Positions 42,710-55,383 of a DNA stretch of 64,000 nt are shown here, piece by piece. A program made the position numbers and the translations under genes. The first letter of the stretch is position 1. The number at the start of each line of letters is the position of its first letter. Under the pieces are notes generated by a model. It saw nothing but the letters and a program-made list of their open reading frames with translations. It did no database searches and was not told the origin of the DNA. Source of the DNA: Cyanidioschyzon merolae (taxonomy: Eukaryota); NCBI GenBank assembly GCA_000091205.1, contig AP006502.2, one strand, 5' to 3'.

Positions 42710-45700
42710 AGCCTATATCGGTTCGTCGGTGATACACAGAGTGCCAGTGCATACACAAATTAGCAAAAGATTTATGGAGTATTTGAAGGACAACTGGATT
42801 CAGTTTGATAGCGCTTTGCGACCGAAAGTGATTTTTCTAATGAACACGGGGATGATTCTGAAAAACGATGAAACTTGCAGTGCTTTGTGAGAATCTTTTT
42901 AGATTTCATGGATATGAGCACGGCCGTCGACAGGGTTTCGTATTCACCTGAGCAAAGCCCCGAATACGGTCACACATATGCAAAGGGAATCCATGTTGCT
43001 CCGGAGGCTGGCACTCTGCATGATGCTGGACGATCTACGTAGAGAATATCGTGTGATTGGTGTACATCCAGGCGAGACACTGGTCGAGCCTTGTGCATGA
43101 ATTCCTCTCGGAAGGCACAGGGCGTGAACGGAACTCAATCGACGTGATTGGCTTAACAGTGGCCCCAGACGTAAACGAGCAGCAGTACACCGTCCAAAGG
43201 ATAAACATGGATTGGCATCGTTGGACGTGTTCTCTACACCCGTTTCAGATTAAAATGGAACGGATCCGATCAATTAGCGCAGTAATAAACTCTAACGCTT
43301 CGGTTTCTTCTGATGGTCATCGACATCAGTCTTTACGGGGGGTTCCTGAGACTGGTTCCATTTTCTCTTGCTTATTCCCGAGTTTGAAAACGCTGGTCTC
43401 ACTTGCTTCCCCAGCTCCGTCGTCAGCAGCGAAAGGACGTTGAATGCAGCCTCAAAGTCCCGAGTTCGCAGCCTTCGACTGCTGTCGAAGCATTTCATGT
43501 CAAGGCGGAAGTTGCGATCCCCAGGTCGCGTGCCATTTTCAGCTTCCTTGTAAACAGCCTCTATGCGCTCTTCGCATCGGTTACACGAGGGTACGGTTGA
43601 TCCATATGTGCACTGCATATGCTTCATCGATGGCCGTCATTTGGCGCGTGAAACTTGCTTCGTGGCCTCATTAATGCCCTCGGCGGGAACAGAGGGCTTC
43701 CCTCCATGCCCTCCTCGGTACCCGCGCCCGATTTCGTAACTCACTACCATAGACTGTTTCAGGTCCATCTACTTAGCGAGTACTCTGTTTGCCGCACGTG
43801 CAGGTGCACGCGGCTCTGTTCGATAGAGAATCACTGAAACGTAAACTAATCAACTATGAGACAATTGCCAGAAGCAAAATCCTAGCTAGAGAACTAGCCA
43901 AGAAATTTCGATCTTTTTACGCTGTGTTTATGCAATGCTGTGATACATTCTCCTGTGGAAGTGATCTTTACGAGGAATCAAGTCCGAGCCAAAGATCCTT
44001 ATCCATGGAAACAGAAAAGACGGGAGCCGCAGTGAGCATAGCCCGTGAGAGGTATACTGCTACAAACGATTGCCGTCTCTTCGATGACCACAAACAGATT
44101 GTGATTTGTTTCTAGTACAGGATCAATTATTTGACGTGACATATTTAGCGAACGTTCGGCATAAGCTAGTGAACAAGTCTTCAAGAGGAGAAGTAGTGTA
44201 CGTTTTCTCGTCAATCCAGCAGCGCAACTTGCTGCACCAACGAATTGCCTTGAAATAGAAAGATCTAAGTGTGAATGGCAACGTGCTTTAAGCATGCTGT
44301 ACATAAGGGGAATAGAATAGTGTATCGCTGCACATATGCAGTGGACAATTGTATCAAACGTTTTACGAATTCTAATTCGACGACGTCGGGAATCGTCTTG
44401 ATTCCGGTCACCTGATGAATTCCAGCTGGAAAGTGTCGATAAAACCGCTCCGGAACTACGAGCTAGGATCCTAAAAATACGTATGAATCTCTATGTACTT
44501 ATTGATGCACTTCAAATATCGAGGCAGTACATCTAAATAACGTTCGAAACAAACGGAAAAGAAGGAGCAGACAGAACTGTTCAATGCTCTATATTAGGCT
44601 CACACCGGGACAGAAGCGAATGCAATATGCAGTTTTGATATTTGCGCTGTCTGTGATCAGCGCAAGCGAGTAGGATACACAAGAAGCGGGAGACGTTTAC
44701 GGCACAGTGCCATCATATACGGCAGGTCCTGAAATCGGGGAACAAAACAGGGTCCCTTTGCGCCTTTCGCATCACGCCTGAATAGTTGTCAAAAGCCCAC
44801 TGGTTGTCCGTGGAAAGAGCTCTTGACGAGCAGGGTCTGCGTTATGCAGGGGCAAAGTGGGGTTATAAGGCTCTTCTTCTGTACGGCGTACTACATTAGG
44901 GGCATTCAGTGGTACCCGCACGCTTCAGGTCGGGGTTCAAAATGCTCTAGCAAAAGTCTCATAGACTCGTACGAAGCTGATGTTTCCCAACCGCGTCGAA
45001 GCCCGTTCCCAACGTGATGGACTCACGGCGCAGAGGAGCACAGATTCCGTATTGCTGTATTTTGGGTTTGTTCAAAACGTGTTCGGGCTTCAGTGCACTT
45101 GCCTTTTGTTTATTCACTGTAAATGACAGGAAGCGCTCTTGTCCAGTCTTCATACGCAGCAGGTGTCGACGGTAGTTGTGCTTCCATATGCGGCAGCGTT
45201 CCCTGTTGCTGTGTCCGACGCGCGTTCCCAGCTGACTACGATCATAGTTGGATTCCATCCAGCGTCAAACAACGAGCAGCATACTACCTTACATCGCTTC
45301 GAACTCGCGTCTGACACCCAACACCTGCACAGCCCGCTCTGCGACGGAACTCTACGCGCCCTCATCCGATAGCGTTGCCCAGCTCCAACGCTGACGTTCC
45401 GCAACGAGCCTCTGCAGGTGCCCGCGGCGTTCAAGCCGGCGCAAGTTCAGCACATTGCCATCAATTACTCGATCCAGGTCCCTGCAAGCCCCTGAACATG
45501 GCCTGGAGCTCATGTTCACCTAAATATCGCCCGTTGCCCTCGGAGAATCATAAGAGATACCAACTTGAGCAGTTGCGGAGCTGTGCGCCTCCAGAGCACC
45601 CATCATCGCTGCACGGTGTGCTGAGGCAACGGCGGCGGCCGCTGCGATTCCCGGATCCCAGCGCATGGCGGCGGAATGCACAGGGCGCGCCTGAAAAACG

Positions 45701-45889
45701 GTCACCTTCCAGAGTGGCAACGCCGTGCGCGAGATGCTGATGCATACGATATGCACTGGTACCGAGTTGCTGGAAGACTGAACCGTGAGGCGCTTTGACT
45801 TGCACGAGTCCGAACAGTGCTGCACTGATACGGTTTTAACTGGACACGGTTATGGGAAGTAGCCGCGCTGGAGACGACGAACGAGTGTT

Positions 45890-47104
45890 ATGAATCGGAA
45901 CAGTCGTTTAACAGCACAGAGCACAGTGTTTATAGGGCCCAAGGAGGGCAGCAGCAGCGTCGGGTTGTTTCTCGCTCGCCTCTGGCAACGACGACGACTG
46001 CACAGGCGGGTTCGTGGCGCGAGCCGCAGCCTCCAGGCGACCGCTACACAGCCGCAGTGGTCGCTGGTGCAGGTTGCGCGGCGAGTGCTCTTCCCTCCAC
46101 TATGGGTAGAGCTTGCGCGAGCGCACGTGCTTGCAAAGTTTTCGAGGGCGTTCGAGCAAGTACCGCGCAAGCGACGTGACGGGACGGCGGCACCCGCCGC
46201 AGTGAGCACGGCAGTGGAAGCGGCAGCGGCACCCAGTCCTTCGCGGAACGCAGCTCGTGGAGGACAGGGCGTTAGCCGTACGCAGCTGCTCGGGCGAATT
46301 GTGTACGAGTGGGTAGACTACGACCAACGGCGACTCGTTTGCGCCCGTCAGACAGCAGACGGGGTACCGGTGGTGGACCCGCGCTGCTCCGCCATACCGA
46401 GAACGGAGCGCCTGCGGAACAAGTGGCGGCGCCTGCGGGAGCTTTCGGCAGCATCCAGCGAGCGCGAAGCGGCAGACGGCGCGGGACCGCAGACGGACAA
46501 CGTTGCGCTGGTGGGCGCCCCAGCGGGCCCGCCACCAGTCGAAAGCCCGACGGAACAATACGCAGTCGTTAAGCTTGAATCAGGTCCCGGCACACTGCAC
46601 GAGGATACCGAAGAAGATGCTACTCTAGAACGGTGCGCGGGCCCTGCGCTGGCGCGCTGCTGGAGCGCACCCGAGCTGGGCGACGCCGAAGATGATAGCA
46701 CTCGCTATGAACCAGAGCGCTCGCCGCTGGACTATCTGGGGAACGTTCCGCTGCTATTCACCACGAACACCCCTCAGGGCCGTTTGCTTCAAAGGCGTTT
46801 GCGCGTCGCACGCCTGCAGATGCACCGCCTTGTACGGGAGGGTGTGCGCACGCTCATGCAGAGTGCGCCGCTGCGCCTAGCGCTGGGCGCTCGTCTACGC
46901 TGCTTAGACGGAGCGGCAGCGTACGAATCGCAACGAGAGGCCAGACAAGTCACGAGCGGCCCTGTTAGAGACGCCTCGCCAGCAGCGTGGAAGCGCTTCT
47001 CGGGCGACGGTGTGCTCCGCAGCGTCTCACAAGCGGCGCTCGCAACGCTAGGCACGCTGCGGTGTGAGTGGCCGTTCCACGTTCGTCGTCTGCGGGACCA
47101 GTAG
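45890..47104 (+). CDS. Ala/Arg/Pro-rich low-complexity hypothetical ORF in a GC-rich island (may be non-coding)
   Basis: 404-aa ORF. Long ORFs are open in several frames on both strands across 45.9-46.7 kb, as expected for very high GC. There is no recognisable domain. Confidence 0.25.
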   Translation: MNRNSRLTAQSTVFIGPKEGSSSVGLFLARLWQRRRLHRRVRGASRSLQATATQPQWSLVQVARRVLFPPLWVELARAHVLAKFSRAFEQVPRKRRDGTAAPAAVSTAVEAAAAPSPSRNAARGGQGVSRTQLLGRIVYEWVDYDQRRLVCARQTADGVPVVDPRCSAIPRTERLRNKWRRLRELSAASSEREAADGAGPQTDNVALVGAPAGPPPVESPTEQYAVVKLESGPGTLHEDTEEDATLERCAGPALARCWSAPELGDAEDDSTRYEPERSPLDYLGNVPLLFTTNTPQGRLLQRRLRVARLQMHRLVREGVRTLMQSAPLRLALGARLRCLDGAAAYESQREARQVTSGPVRDASPAAWKRFSGDGVLRSVSQAALATLGTLRCEWPFHVRRLRDQ

Positions 47105-48730
47105 GTGTGCATAGCGAAACTGATTTTTAACATATCTAACAAAATAACACGACGACGGAAAGATAAGTGGATATTCGTGTAGGAATCTCAGTTCGATGGA
47201 CTAACTGCTTCACGATTTAAACGGGGAACTGGAGATGCCCGCAAGTTTTTGGTTTCGCAGAACGTTTTCACCAGGGATGCCCTATGGTGCGATTCATACG
47301 AACGTTTGGGAAAGCGTCCACCTTTCTACCTACCCCTGAATTCCACTGTCGATTCTTATCCTCGGAGAGTTGCGCAGATGCGGTGCGTCGGGACCGCGCA
47401 CGCAGGACACGTGTCGAGAATCCGGGCGCCTGCGGGCGCTCAGACTCGAGCCGCTGGCTGTTTGCGTGCCATAAGCGCGACAGCCTGCACAGACGCGTAA
47501 ATGCATAAGTACATGGGTGCACGGATGCATCCTTGCTCCGTCATGCATCAGCACCGTGCCTGCGGGCTGGTGCGCGGCCTGAGGCGTAACGACGCAGACC
47601 CTTTCTAGTGCTCGACAGGAGTGGAGCGCGATGCGCGCGAAGGCTTCCACCAAGATCGGCACCGCATCAGGATCCAGTCCATGTCCCAGCGACGACGAAA
47701 CACAGCAGAAACAGCCTCAGCATGGGGATACCGCTCACAATATCCAGTTGTATAAGATCCAAGTCGCGAGCGCTCGGGCAAGGGGTGATGGACCGCGGCT
47801 CCTACACGAAGCGTGGCAGCCTTTTAGGGACCTCCTGCAGCGAACTCGTCCAGAAAGAAATATGGACCATGCTGTTGGCGCTTCCGAATCGGCGATACGA
47901 GCTAGTGCGGCATCTTCTGCCGCTGCAAGACATGCTGCAGACGATGAGTCCTGGGGCGGCACCAGAAAAGCGGTTTTACAACAAAGGCGCTGCGATAACC
48001 AGCGAATCCTGGCCAGGTGCGCGGCGGGCTATACCAGAGACAAGGCTGCAAGCTTTGCAGTAATTCAACATACGAGACAGATGGGTGAAGTATAGTACCG
48101 TATTCCAGTGGGCAGCATAAAATTCTCATTGCCAGAGTGGGCTTTATTTGTATGTGCTACAGGTTCTCAGCCGTTCACTTTTCCGTGCCGACGCTGTACG
48201 GGCCTTGACAGGTACTACCCGAACTCGTTCCCCTATTTATGCATTGAAGATGCTTTTTGTTCACTGTTCAAATGAACTATCGTGGTGTTCTGTGGTCTAA
48301 GTTCCGAAAAATAGACTCGTACTCGCAGTGAAAGTTTTCACTTGCACGGTAAGCAACACCAAAAGAACCGCAATTTGTAGAAATAATAAGAATGAATTTA
48401 GGATATTTAGGGACAATTTATGAAAGTGTTGCGCGCGTCGCGACACTGATGTCCAGCGTCGAAATTCCGCTCGTGAATCCATGGCTCTAGAATCACGGCG
48501 TGCTTCGAGTGCCCACGACTTCTCCTCGCCGGGGTCATATTTGAGTAAAATTCATATTACTGCTACGATCTTCGAGCACGGAGATTACTGCAGCTGTAAT
48601 CTCGCTAATAATATCTCGACGACTGTTGCTCCCGGCGACTGCGTTAAGCTGCAACTGCGGCGATTTGCAATAAATATGCTTTTTCAATTGGTGTTTCTAG
48701 CGCCTTTTCTTCGTAGGCTGAAATCGATTC

Positions 48731-50689
48731 ATGGCAGATCCTATCGTGGACATTGCTCCAGACCAAATATTCATTGGTGCAGAGGAGCCCTCAGCGCAAG
48801 TGCACGACGTTGAGTCGAAGGGTGCGGTCGCGGAGGAATCTGACAAGTCCTATATCCGGTACAATGCAATCGGCACTGCACTAGGCTTTCTCGTGAACGG
48901 TTACATGTACCAGGTAGGCACGTTACTTCTAACTCTATATGTGGACGCGTATTATACGGTGTATGCGAGTACGTTTCTACAGTCTGCGCTCTCTACTTCT
49001 GTACTGTACGGCGTTCTCTTTGGGCTCCTTAGCTTTGGATTCATCGCCGATATCATCGGACGCAAGGCCGGTCTCATCGCTTGCTCCTGCATCGTTATAC
49101 TCGGCTCGATCCTGTCCACGGCAGCGAACGGAAAAACAACTGACGGTATGTTCTGGATGATTATCGTCGGACGCGCTGTCGTTGGCCTCGGAATGGGCGG
49201 CGAGTACACTTGTAACGTTCCGAATATCGTTGAGGATAGTGAGGAAGTCAGCACGAAAACGCGCGGACGAAGGGTTTCGCTGCTTGTGATGCTCATGGAG
49301 GTCATCGGGAACAACACACCGACGCTGATCCAGCTGATTCTCATTGCGGCAGCTTGCCGCCACGTCTACATCACTTCATCGTCGTCTACAGGGGTAAGCC
49401 TCCCGAATTGCCGGCCTCAGGTGGTGTGGAGAATCTCCTACGGGCTGGGCCTCATTCCGTGCATCATCGTGCTTTTCTTGCGGGTTCGCATGCGCGATTC
49501 TAAAATGTACCGCAAGGATGAGAATCTAAGACGCAAGTCCTATGATCTACTGGACCTGTTTGTTATTTTCCGACACTTTATCCCACGGATGATCGGCACA
49601 ATCTTCATGTGGTTTCTCATCGACTGGATCAATTACAGCCAAGGCACGTTTGGTGGCGTGATCCTGTCGAGTGTGATCGGGGCATCTCTCTTCAAGACGG
49701 CTTGGATCAGTCTCGCCCAGGGCGTGGTGCTCACTCTCGGGCCAGTTGCGGCTGCTCTGGTCGTGGATCGTCTCGGACGGCGGAAAACGGAGGTCCTCGG
49801 ATGGGCGTGGCTCGCCTCCACGCAGCTGATTACGGCTGGCGTGTACCTCATGCTTGCAAAGCATGCGGTAGGCTACGTTATTTGGACTACTTTCGTATTC
49901 ATTTTCCAGTACTTTGTGTTCATCCCTGTCTATCTGGTCCCGGCTGAAGTGTACCCCACTCGCGTGCGTGCAACGCTCTACGGATGGTCATCGGCGCTCG
50001 GCAAGGTCGGGGGCATTGTCGGAACGACCGTGTTTCCTTACATGTGGAGCGCGCTCTCGCCCGATGGCAACGAGTCCGGCCATAGCGGCCTCCTTGGACT
50101 GCGTAAGATCCAGTGGATCTACGCAGGAATCGAATACTTCGGTTTGATCCTTGCTCTCCTATTTGTCCCGGAGTATAGTAACGTCAGTCTCAGAGGCGAG
50201 GAGAATCGATTCCTGGCCATGCGTGCGCGGTACGCTGCGCGCTTCGCGAAGAGCCTCGGTGCACAGCCCGCACCAGCCGCCTCCTTCGAGAGCATTCAGA
50301 TTGGGCACTACTCCTGGTGGTCCCTGCTCTACCTTCGCCTCTTCCGCAGTCGTGAGGAGTACGCTGCAGCTCTGGAGCAGTACGCTCAGATGCTGCTTGC
50401 GCGCTCCTACATCACCAAGGTGGAGCAGCTCGAGCAGTACGCTGCTGCGCCCGTCTACTACAACGACCGGACGCTGTTCTCGAATCTCATCCGGCGCATC
50501 CGCCTCGGAGCAGAGGGTGCCAGGGAGTACAATCGCCTGTCGGAGCTGATGGGCGAGGAGTCCATGGAGAATCCAGCCTTTGGCGAGCAGCAGGCGAAGA
50601 TCGTGCTGTCTGCGGATGGTGGTTCGAGCGATGAAAAAGTATCGAAGGAAGCAACGGATACCACCACAGACAACAGCATGACCTTTTGA
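48731..50689 (+). CDS. MFS transporter, inorganic phosphate:H+ symporter (PHT1/Pho84-like), with long C-terminal cytosolic tail
   Basis: 12-TM MFS topology. The PHS-family signature region is 'ADIIGRKAGLIACSCIVILGSILSTAANG...MIIVGRAVVGLGMGGEYTCNVPNIVEDSEEVSTKTRGRRVSLLVMLMEVIG' (compare Pho84 'GDRLGRK...[29 protein letters not shown]'). Confidence 0.8.
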   Translation: MADPIVDIAPDQIFIGAEEPSAQVHDVESKGAVAEESDKSYIRYNAIGTALGFLVNGYMYQVGTLLLTLYVDAYYTVYASTFLQSALSTSVLYGVLFGLLSFGFIADIIGRKAGLIACSCIVILGSILSTAANGKTTDGMFWMIIVGRAVVGLGMGGEYTCNVPNIVEDSEEVSTKTRGRRVSLLVMLMEVIGNNTPTLIQLILIAAACRHVYITSSSSTGVSLPNCRPQVVWRISYGLGLIPCIIVLFLRVRMRDSKMYRKDENLRRKSYDLLDLFVIFRHFIPRMIGTIFMWFLIDWINYSQGTFGGVILSSVIGASLFKTAWISLAQGVVLTLGPVAAALVVDRLGRRKTEVLGWAWLASTQLITAGVYLMLAKHAVGYVIWTTFVFIFQYFVFIPVYLVPAEVYPTRVRATLYGWSSALGKVGGIVGTTVFPYMWSALSPDGNESGHSGLLGLRKIQWIYAGIEYFGLILALLFVPEYSNVSLRGEENRFLAMRARYAARFAKSLGAQPAPAASFESIQIGHYSWWSLLYLRLFRSREEYAAALEQYAQMLLARSYITKVEQLEQYAAAPVYYNDRTLFSNLIRRIRLGAEGAREYNRLSELMGEESMENPAFGEQQAKIVLSADGGSSDEKVSKEATDTTTDNSMTF

Positions 50690-51824
50690 GGTATGCATGA
50701 TCATGGAAAGTCATGCATTAGCATCATGAACGAGATACGGCTATGTAGAGGCTCCGCATGGAGCGCAGAAACGTCATCGAAAGGAACCGGCGAGCGTTAC
50801 GAAGCGATGTTTCCTGATTGCGTACGCGCTCATGGGGAGACCCATACCAGACGGACGGAAACCCCGCAGGGAAGGACACGCACACCAATAAACTGCAGTT
50901 CAGCTCTCACAACATGTGTCCCAATATCGATACAGCGCTCGCTGGAGTCCGCAGTCATTTCCTGCACCTGCTGCGTTGCCTATACCAGTAGCTGCTGAAT
51001 GGCCACAAGACCGTGGCGCACAGGTCACAATATCGTCTTCTACCTGAGAAAGCAACTTGCTTGATTGCTTGCTTGCTGGTTGCCTGTGCACATAGACGCA
51101 TGGATAGCCGCCTGCTTGCTTTTACGCACACATGCACACATGCATAGTTGGGAAGATGGATGGATAGGTGCGTTTGGTATCTTCTCTGCGCACCATCGCG
51201 GACATCGACGGCTACCAGGTCGCGATTTGCACCCTGAAGTACGAACGTGCGTTTCAGAGCTACTCCACGCTGCCGTATTCGAGAAATGCCTGCACCCTTG
51301 ACGCTGACGATTGCTTCGCAACAGCTGGTAGCGTTCCAGAACGACAGCCGCACCTGGCGCTTGGTGGAAGCACGCTCAAGGATCCTGGACACGAAGCGGG
51401 TGCGCAAGCTATTGAGCGTCTTGGAACTATTATCGAGAACGAAAAAACATAGAGCACAGGGATCGCCTCCGCTCTGGACGCGCTGAAGAAGGTCAGCACC
51501 GATCCCCGGTTGCACGTCGTTCCGAATCGTATCCTGCGTGTCCTGCTATCGGGGTTCTACGTGGCGGGCGGTGGCTGGCTAGCACACAGCACCATACCCT
51601 GTGGCGACTTGTGAGCTCACCGATATCCGCTCAACTGCGCATGATGCACCAGAACGTAGTTTCGCTCATGGGAACACAGATCGCGTTAACGCTAATCAGG
51701 CTCGCGCCTCAGCCTTCTGCCCTAAGCAAAGCAACGAGCATGTTAGACGTGCTGCGGACCTGGCACGTGCAGGATTCTTGTCATAGCACTTCACCTCAAC
51801 TGTGCTCTAGCGCCAAGTGCGTAT

Positions 51825-52360
51825 CATTTAATGTTTTTTTTCGTGGTTTAGAGCAAATGCTCTCGAAGTGCGTTCATTTACAAATGTAAAAAGGCTAAGG
51901 TATAGAGATGGAAGTCGCGGATCCTAGAGGGCCTCATTGCCGGCTGTCCGAAAACAAGGAAAAAATCCTCTTTTCGCCGTTCATCGAGCAAGGGAAAGCG
52001 CGCGGCGGCGAAGAAAAAGAGGACAGGTAGACGAGAAAAGGTGCTCGCCTGACGGGACGAGGTCGAGACTGTAGTAGAACAGAGGACACAAGTTCGAGGA
52101 ATCCTTGCAATGGTGAGTTCAACCAGAGGCAGGGTACGCATAGAGTTCGCGAACCGAGAGTTTAACGCTGCTATCAACATCGGGAGATGTGCAGTGCTGG
52201 ACAAGAGACCCCCGGAGCTGATACGAGCCGACTTTGTGGGAGAACCTCTCAGGGTCGAATTGTACGGGATGACGTTGCAACCAGTAGTAGGCGGCCGGTC
52301 CAAAAGACGGGAAGGCGTCTGCACGTGAGTGGGTAGACATCCAGTCTACGCTTCTAGGCA
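51825..52360 (+). mobile_element. A-family repeat copy (diverged) with TnpB/Fanzor-like RuvC-III motif relic
   Basis: About 75% DNA identity to 2570-2830 and 16760-17300. It encodes '...DEVETVVEQRTQVRGILAMVSSTRGRVRIEFANREFNAAINIGRCAVLDKRPPELIRADFVGEPLRVEL...' with a stop just upstream, so it is degenerate. Confidence 0.55.
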
Positions 52361-53037
52361 TAAAGTCCAGGGAAGCGGATGCGTACACGGGCACAGTGCG
52401 CTTTCTGCGTCTGCCCATTGGTTGGTGTCAAGCACAAACCCGCATTGCCAACCGACAACAACGCATTCCATGCATGATCACGAAGGAGAGAGGCGGCTCC
52501 CAGAATGTATCCTAACAGCCAAGTTTCTCCAGCGTGTCGTGCAGCGAAGGCAAGCCTGCATCCGCAGACTGTCCAAGCACAAACTGACGACGAGATCCGA
52601 TTCTACTTCGGTTGAACCACGCCTCGAGCCGACGCCCTCTGTGGTATAGAAAAACTGTTCTAGCTCGGTGAACTATCTGCTCCAGCATTTAAGGTGCAAA
52701 GGCGGACACGGAAAGGCAGGTAGTAGGCACACACAATAGGACATGTGAAACGACCAGAATATCCGAGAAAAAAGTCTGGGGAATGGAGCTTGGAAGCAGG
52801 GCATTTAATGGATACCTCACCGCGCACTGAAAAAAAACACAAAAAAAGTAAGAAGAAATGCACATAATCGGAGAACGCTGCCCCAAGTAAACGTTTTGTC
52901 GATGAAAAAATCCAGTCTACGGCCGGCGGCGCGCCGCTCGCGACGAATGCATACCGACCATACAGCGTTTGTCGCTAAGAAGGCATTTGCTGTTGTCTGC
53001 GGCGGGTGCCCTGACGAGCAAACTTTTCTTCTTTTTG

Positions 53038-54804
53038 ATGGAGTTCGACATAAAAACAGTCAGCGTGGAACCTTTTGAAGGACAGAAAACTGGCACGAGC
53101 GGCTTAAGGAAGAAAGTAAGGGTGTTCCAGCAACCCGGGTACCTCGAAGCTTTTGTGCAGTCTGTCTTCTGTGCGTTGCCGGAAATCCCAGGATCCGGGT
53201 TCGATCAGCCCTCTGCTGAAGAGCGAGTGCTGGTTCTGGGTGGCGACGGGAGGTATTTTAATAAGGAGGCAATCCGTAATATTCTTCGCCTGGCTGCAGC
53301 AAACAACGTAAACAGAGTACTAGTTGGACAGAATGGTTTGCTCTGCACGCCCGCAGTAAGTGCGATCATACGAAGGCGCAATCTAGCAGGCGGGATCATA
53401 TTGACAGCGTCACATAACCCGGGTGGACCTGAGGCTGACTTTGGTATCAAGTACAATACGAAGGACGGTGGCCCGGCACCGGAGTCGTACACTGACGTGT
53501 TCTACAAATGGACGCGCCAGATCCGAGAGTACCGTATCGCAGTGGATCCAAGTACCGCTGACGGCGATCCCTTTTCCGAAATATCCCTTGAGCGCCCGCG
53601 GGTCTATGAGTTCCTTTCACGAGATACGAAGAGCCGCTTTGTGATCGAGGTTATCGACTCTATGGATGATTACGTGAGTCTGCTGAAAGAAATTTTTGAC
53701 TTTCAGATGCTAAGGGAACTCTTTCGCCGCAGCGATTTCTCTATGCTCTTTGACGCGCTTCATGGCGTGACGGGTCCATACGGGAAACGTATCTTTGTGG
53801 AGGAGCTTGGTGCGGCGCCGGAGAGCCTCCGCAACTGTCAGCCTCTAGAGGATTTCGGCGGCGGGCACCCCGACCCCAATCTCGTTTACGCAGCAGATTT
53901 GGTGTCACGTTGCGATCCTAAGCAGAATCCCAATGCACCGCAGTTTGGTGCAGCATCCGATGGTGACGGCGACCGTAATATGGTGCTGGGACGGGGTTTC
54001 TTTGTCACACCGAGTGATTCTCTAGCTGTTATCGTGGCGTACGCGAAGGATGCAATTCCATATTTCCGAAAAGGTGGCCTTGTTGGCGCAGCGCGATCGA
54101 TGCCGACTGCCAGTGCAGTGGACAAGGTTACTGCAAAGCTGAAAATCAACGTTTTTGAAACACCTACTGGATGGAAGTACTTTTCGAATCTCCTGTCTTC
54201 CGGTAAGGCTCAGATATGTGGCGAGGAGTCTTTTGGTACATCGAGCGATCACATCAGAGAAAAGGATGGGCTGTGGGCCATTCTATGCTGGCTATCGATT
54301 CTGGCATATCGCAATGTTGGTAAGACGCCCGTCGGCTCATTCATTGGCATTCAGCAAATCGTAGAGGAGCACTGGAAAGAGTATGGTAGGAACTTCTTCA
54401 CGCGTTATGATTACGAGGAATGTGATGCCGTGGCTGCGGAAAGGATGATGGCGCATCTCCGACAATATCAAGAAAACGGCGATTATGCCGTGCTTGAGCG
54501 GGTTGTAGGGCATCCGGTCATCGTTGCCGATGATTTTACGTACACGGATCCAGTCGATCACAGTGTTGCCAAGAACCAGGGGCTACGGTTCGTCTTTGCA
54601 AACGGATCCCGGATAGTTTTTCGCATTAGTGGGACTGGCAGCACGGGCGCTACTATCCGAATGTACATCGAAAAATTTGTCCAGGATCAAGCCAAAATGT
54701 TTGCAGATACTGCTGAAGCTCTTAGCGATCTCATTCACGTTGCGCTACAGGTGAGTCAATTGGAAGCATTCACTGGCCGAACTGCTCCGAGCGTGATTAC
54801 GTAA
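53038..54804 (+). CDS. PGM: Phosphoglucomutase (alpha-D-phosphohexomutase, PGM1-type)
   Basis: ORF 52969..54804; the likely start is MEFDIKTVSVEPFEGQKTGTSGLRKK at 53038. The active-site Ser loop is 'TASHNPGGP', the Mg loop is 'DGDGDRN', the sugar-binding motif is 'GEESFG' and the phosphate-binding motif is 'SGTGS'. Confidence 0.9.
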   Translation: MEFDIKTVSVEPFEGQKTGTSGLRKKVRVFQQPGYLEAFVQSVFCALPEIPGSGFDQPSAEERVLVLGGDGRYFNKEAIRNILRLAAANNVNRVLVGQNGLLCTPAVSAIIRRRNLAGGIILTASHNPGGPEADFGIKYNTKDGGPAPESYTDVFYKWTRQIREYRIAVDPSTADGDPFSEISLERPRVYEFLSRDTKSRFVIEVIDSMDDYVSLLKEIFDFQMLRELFRRSDFSMLFDALHGVTGPYGKRIFVEELGAAPESLRNCQPLEDFGGGHPDPNLVYAADLVSRCDPKQNPNAPQFGAASDGDGDRNMVLGRGFFVTPSDSLAVIVAYAKDAIPYFRKGGLVGAARSMPTASAVDKVTAKLKINVFETPTGWKYFSNLLSSGKAQICGEESFGTSSDHIREKDGLWAILCWLSILAYRNVGKTPVGSFIGIQQIVEEHWKEYGRNFFTRYDYEECDAVAAERMMAHLRQYQENGDYAVLERVVGHPVIVADDFTYTDPVDHSVAKNQGLRFVFANGSRIVFRISGTGSTGATIRMYIEKFVQDQAKMFADTAEALSDLIHVALQVSQLEAFTGRTAPSVIT

Positions 54805-55383
54805 GTGTAGTGGATCCCAACACACCTTAGTAGAGATTGCGCATGACTGCCAAAAGGCGCTTTATTGCCTATCTATCGGAGAAAGGTTTCCCATAGAACG
54901 TTCAAGCAATATTTTGGTGCTTGTATCAAGTCGACTTTGAACAAGCATCTGCGCTCTGCACAACGGAGACTTGTGAAAAGGGATTGGTCGAAACTAGCCA
55001 GAATTCTGCAGATTTGCTGCAATCTTCAGCTGCCAAGTCAGTATAAAGAGTAAGTTGCATGAGAGTTCCCTGCTTTGTGAAAGTGATGATCTCGTACAGT
55101 GCAAATATATTTCGAGACTGCGATACGCGATTGTCGTTGGTCATCCAGAGACGCAAACTGCCATGAAACGTCAGACCTCGCCGCTGCACCTATGTCAATT
55201 TAAACTGGGACAATGAACCGCTCGCTCTGTTCCTGCCTTTCGAGTTTTTCAGAACATTTTTCTAGATGCACCATATCGACTTTCAAAGAGTAGCAATTAG
55301 GGCTCACGATTGCATATTTAGTTTTATGATGCTATGTTGTCTTTTCGGAGCGGCTCCTTCGATCTTTTTTTTGCACGTGGAAT

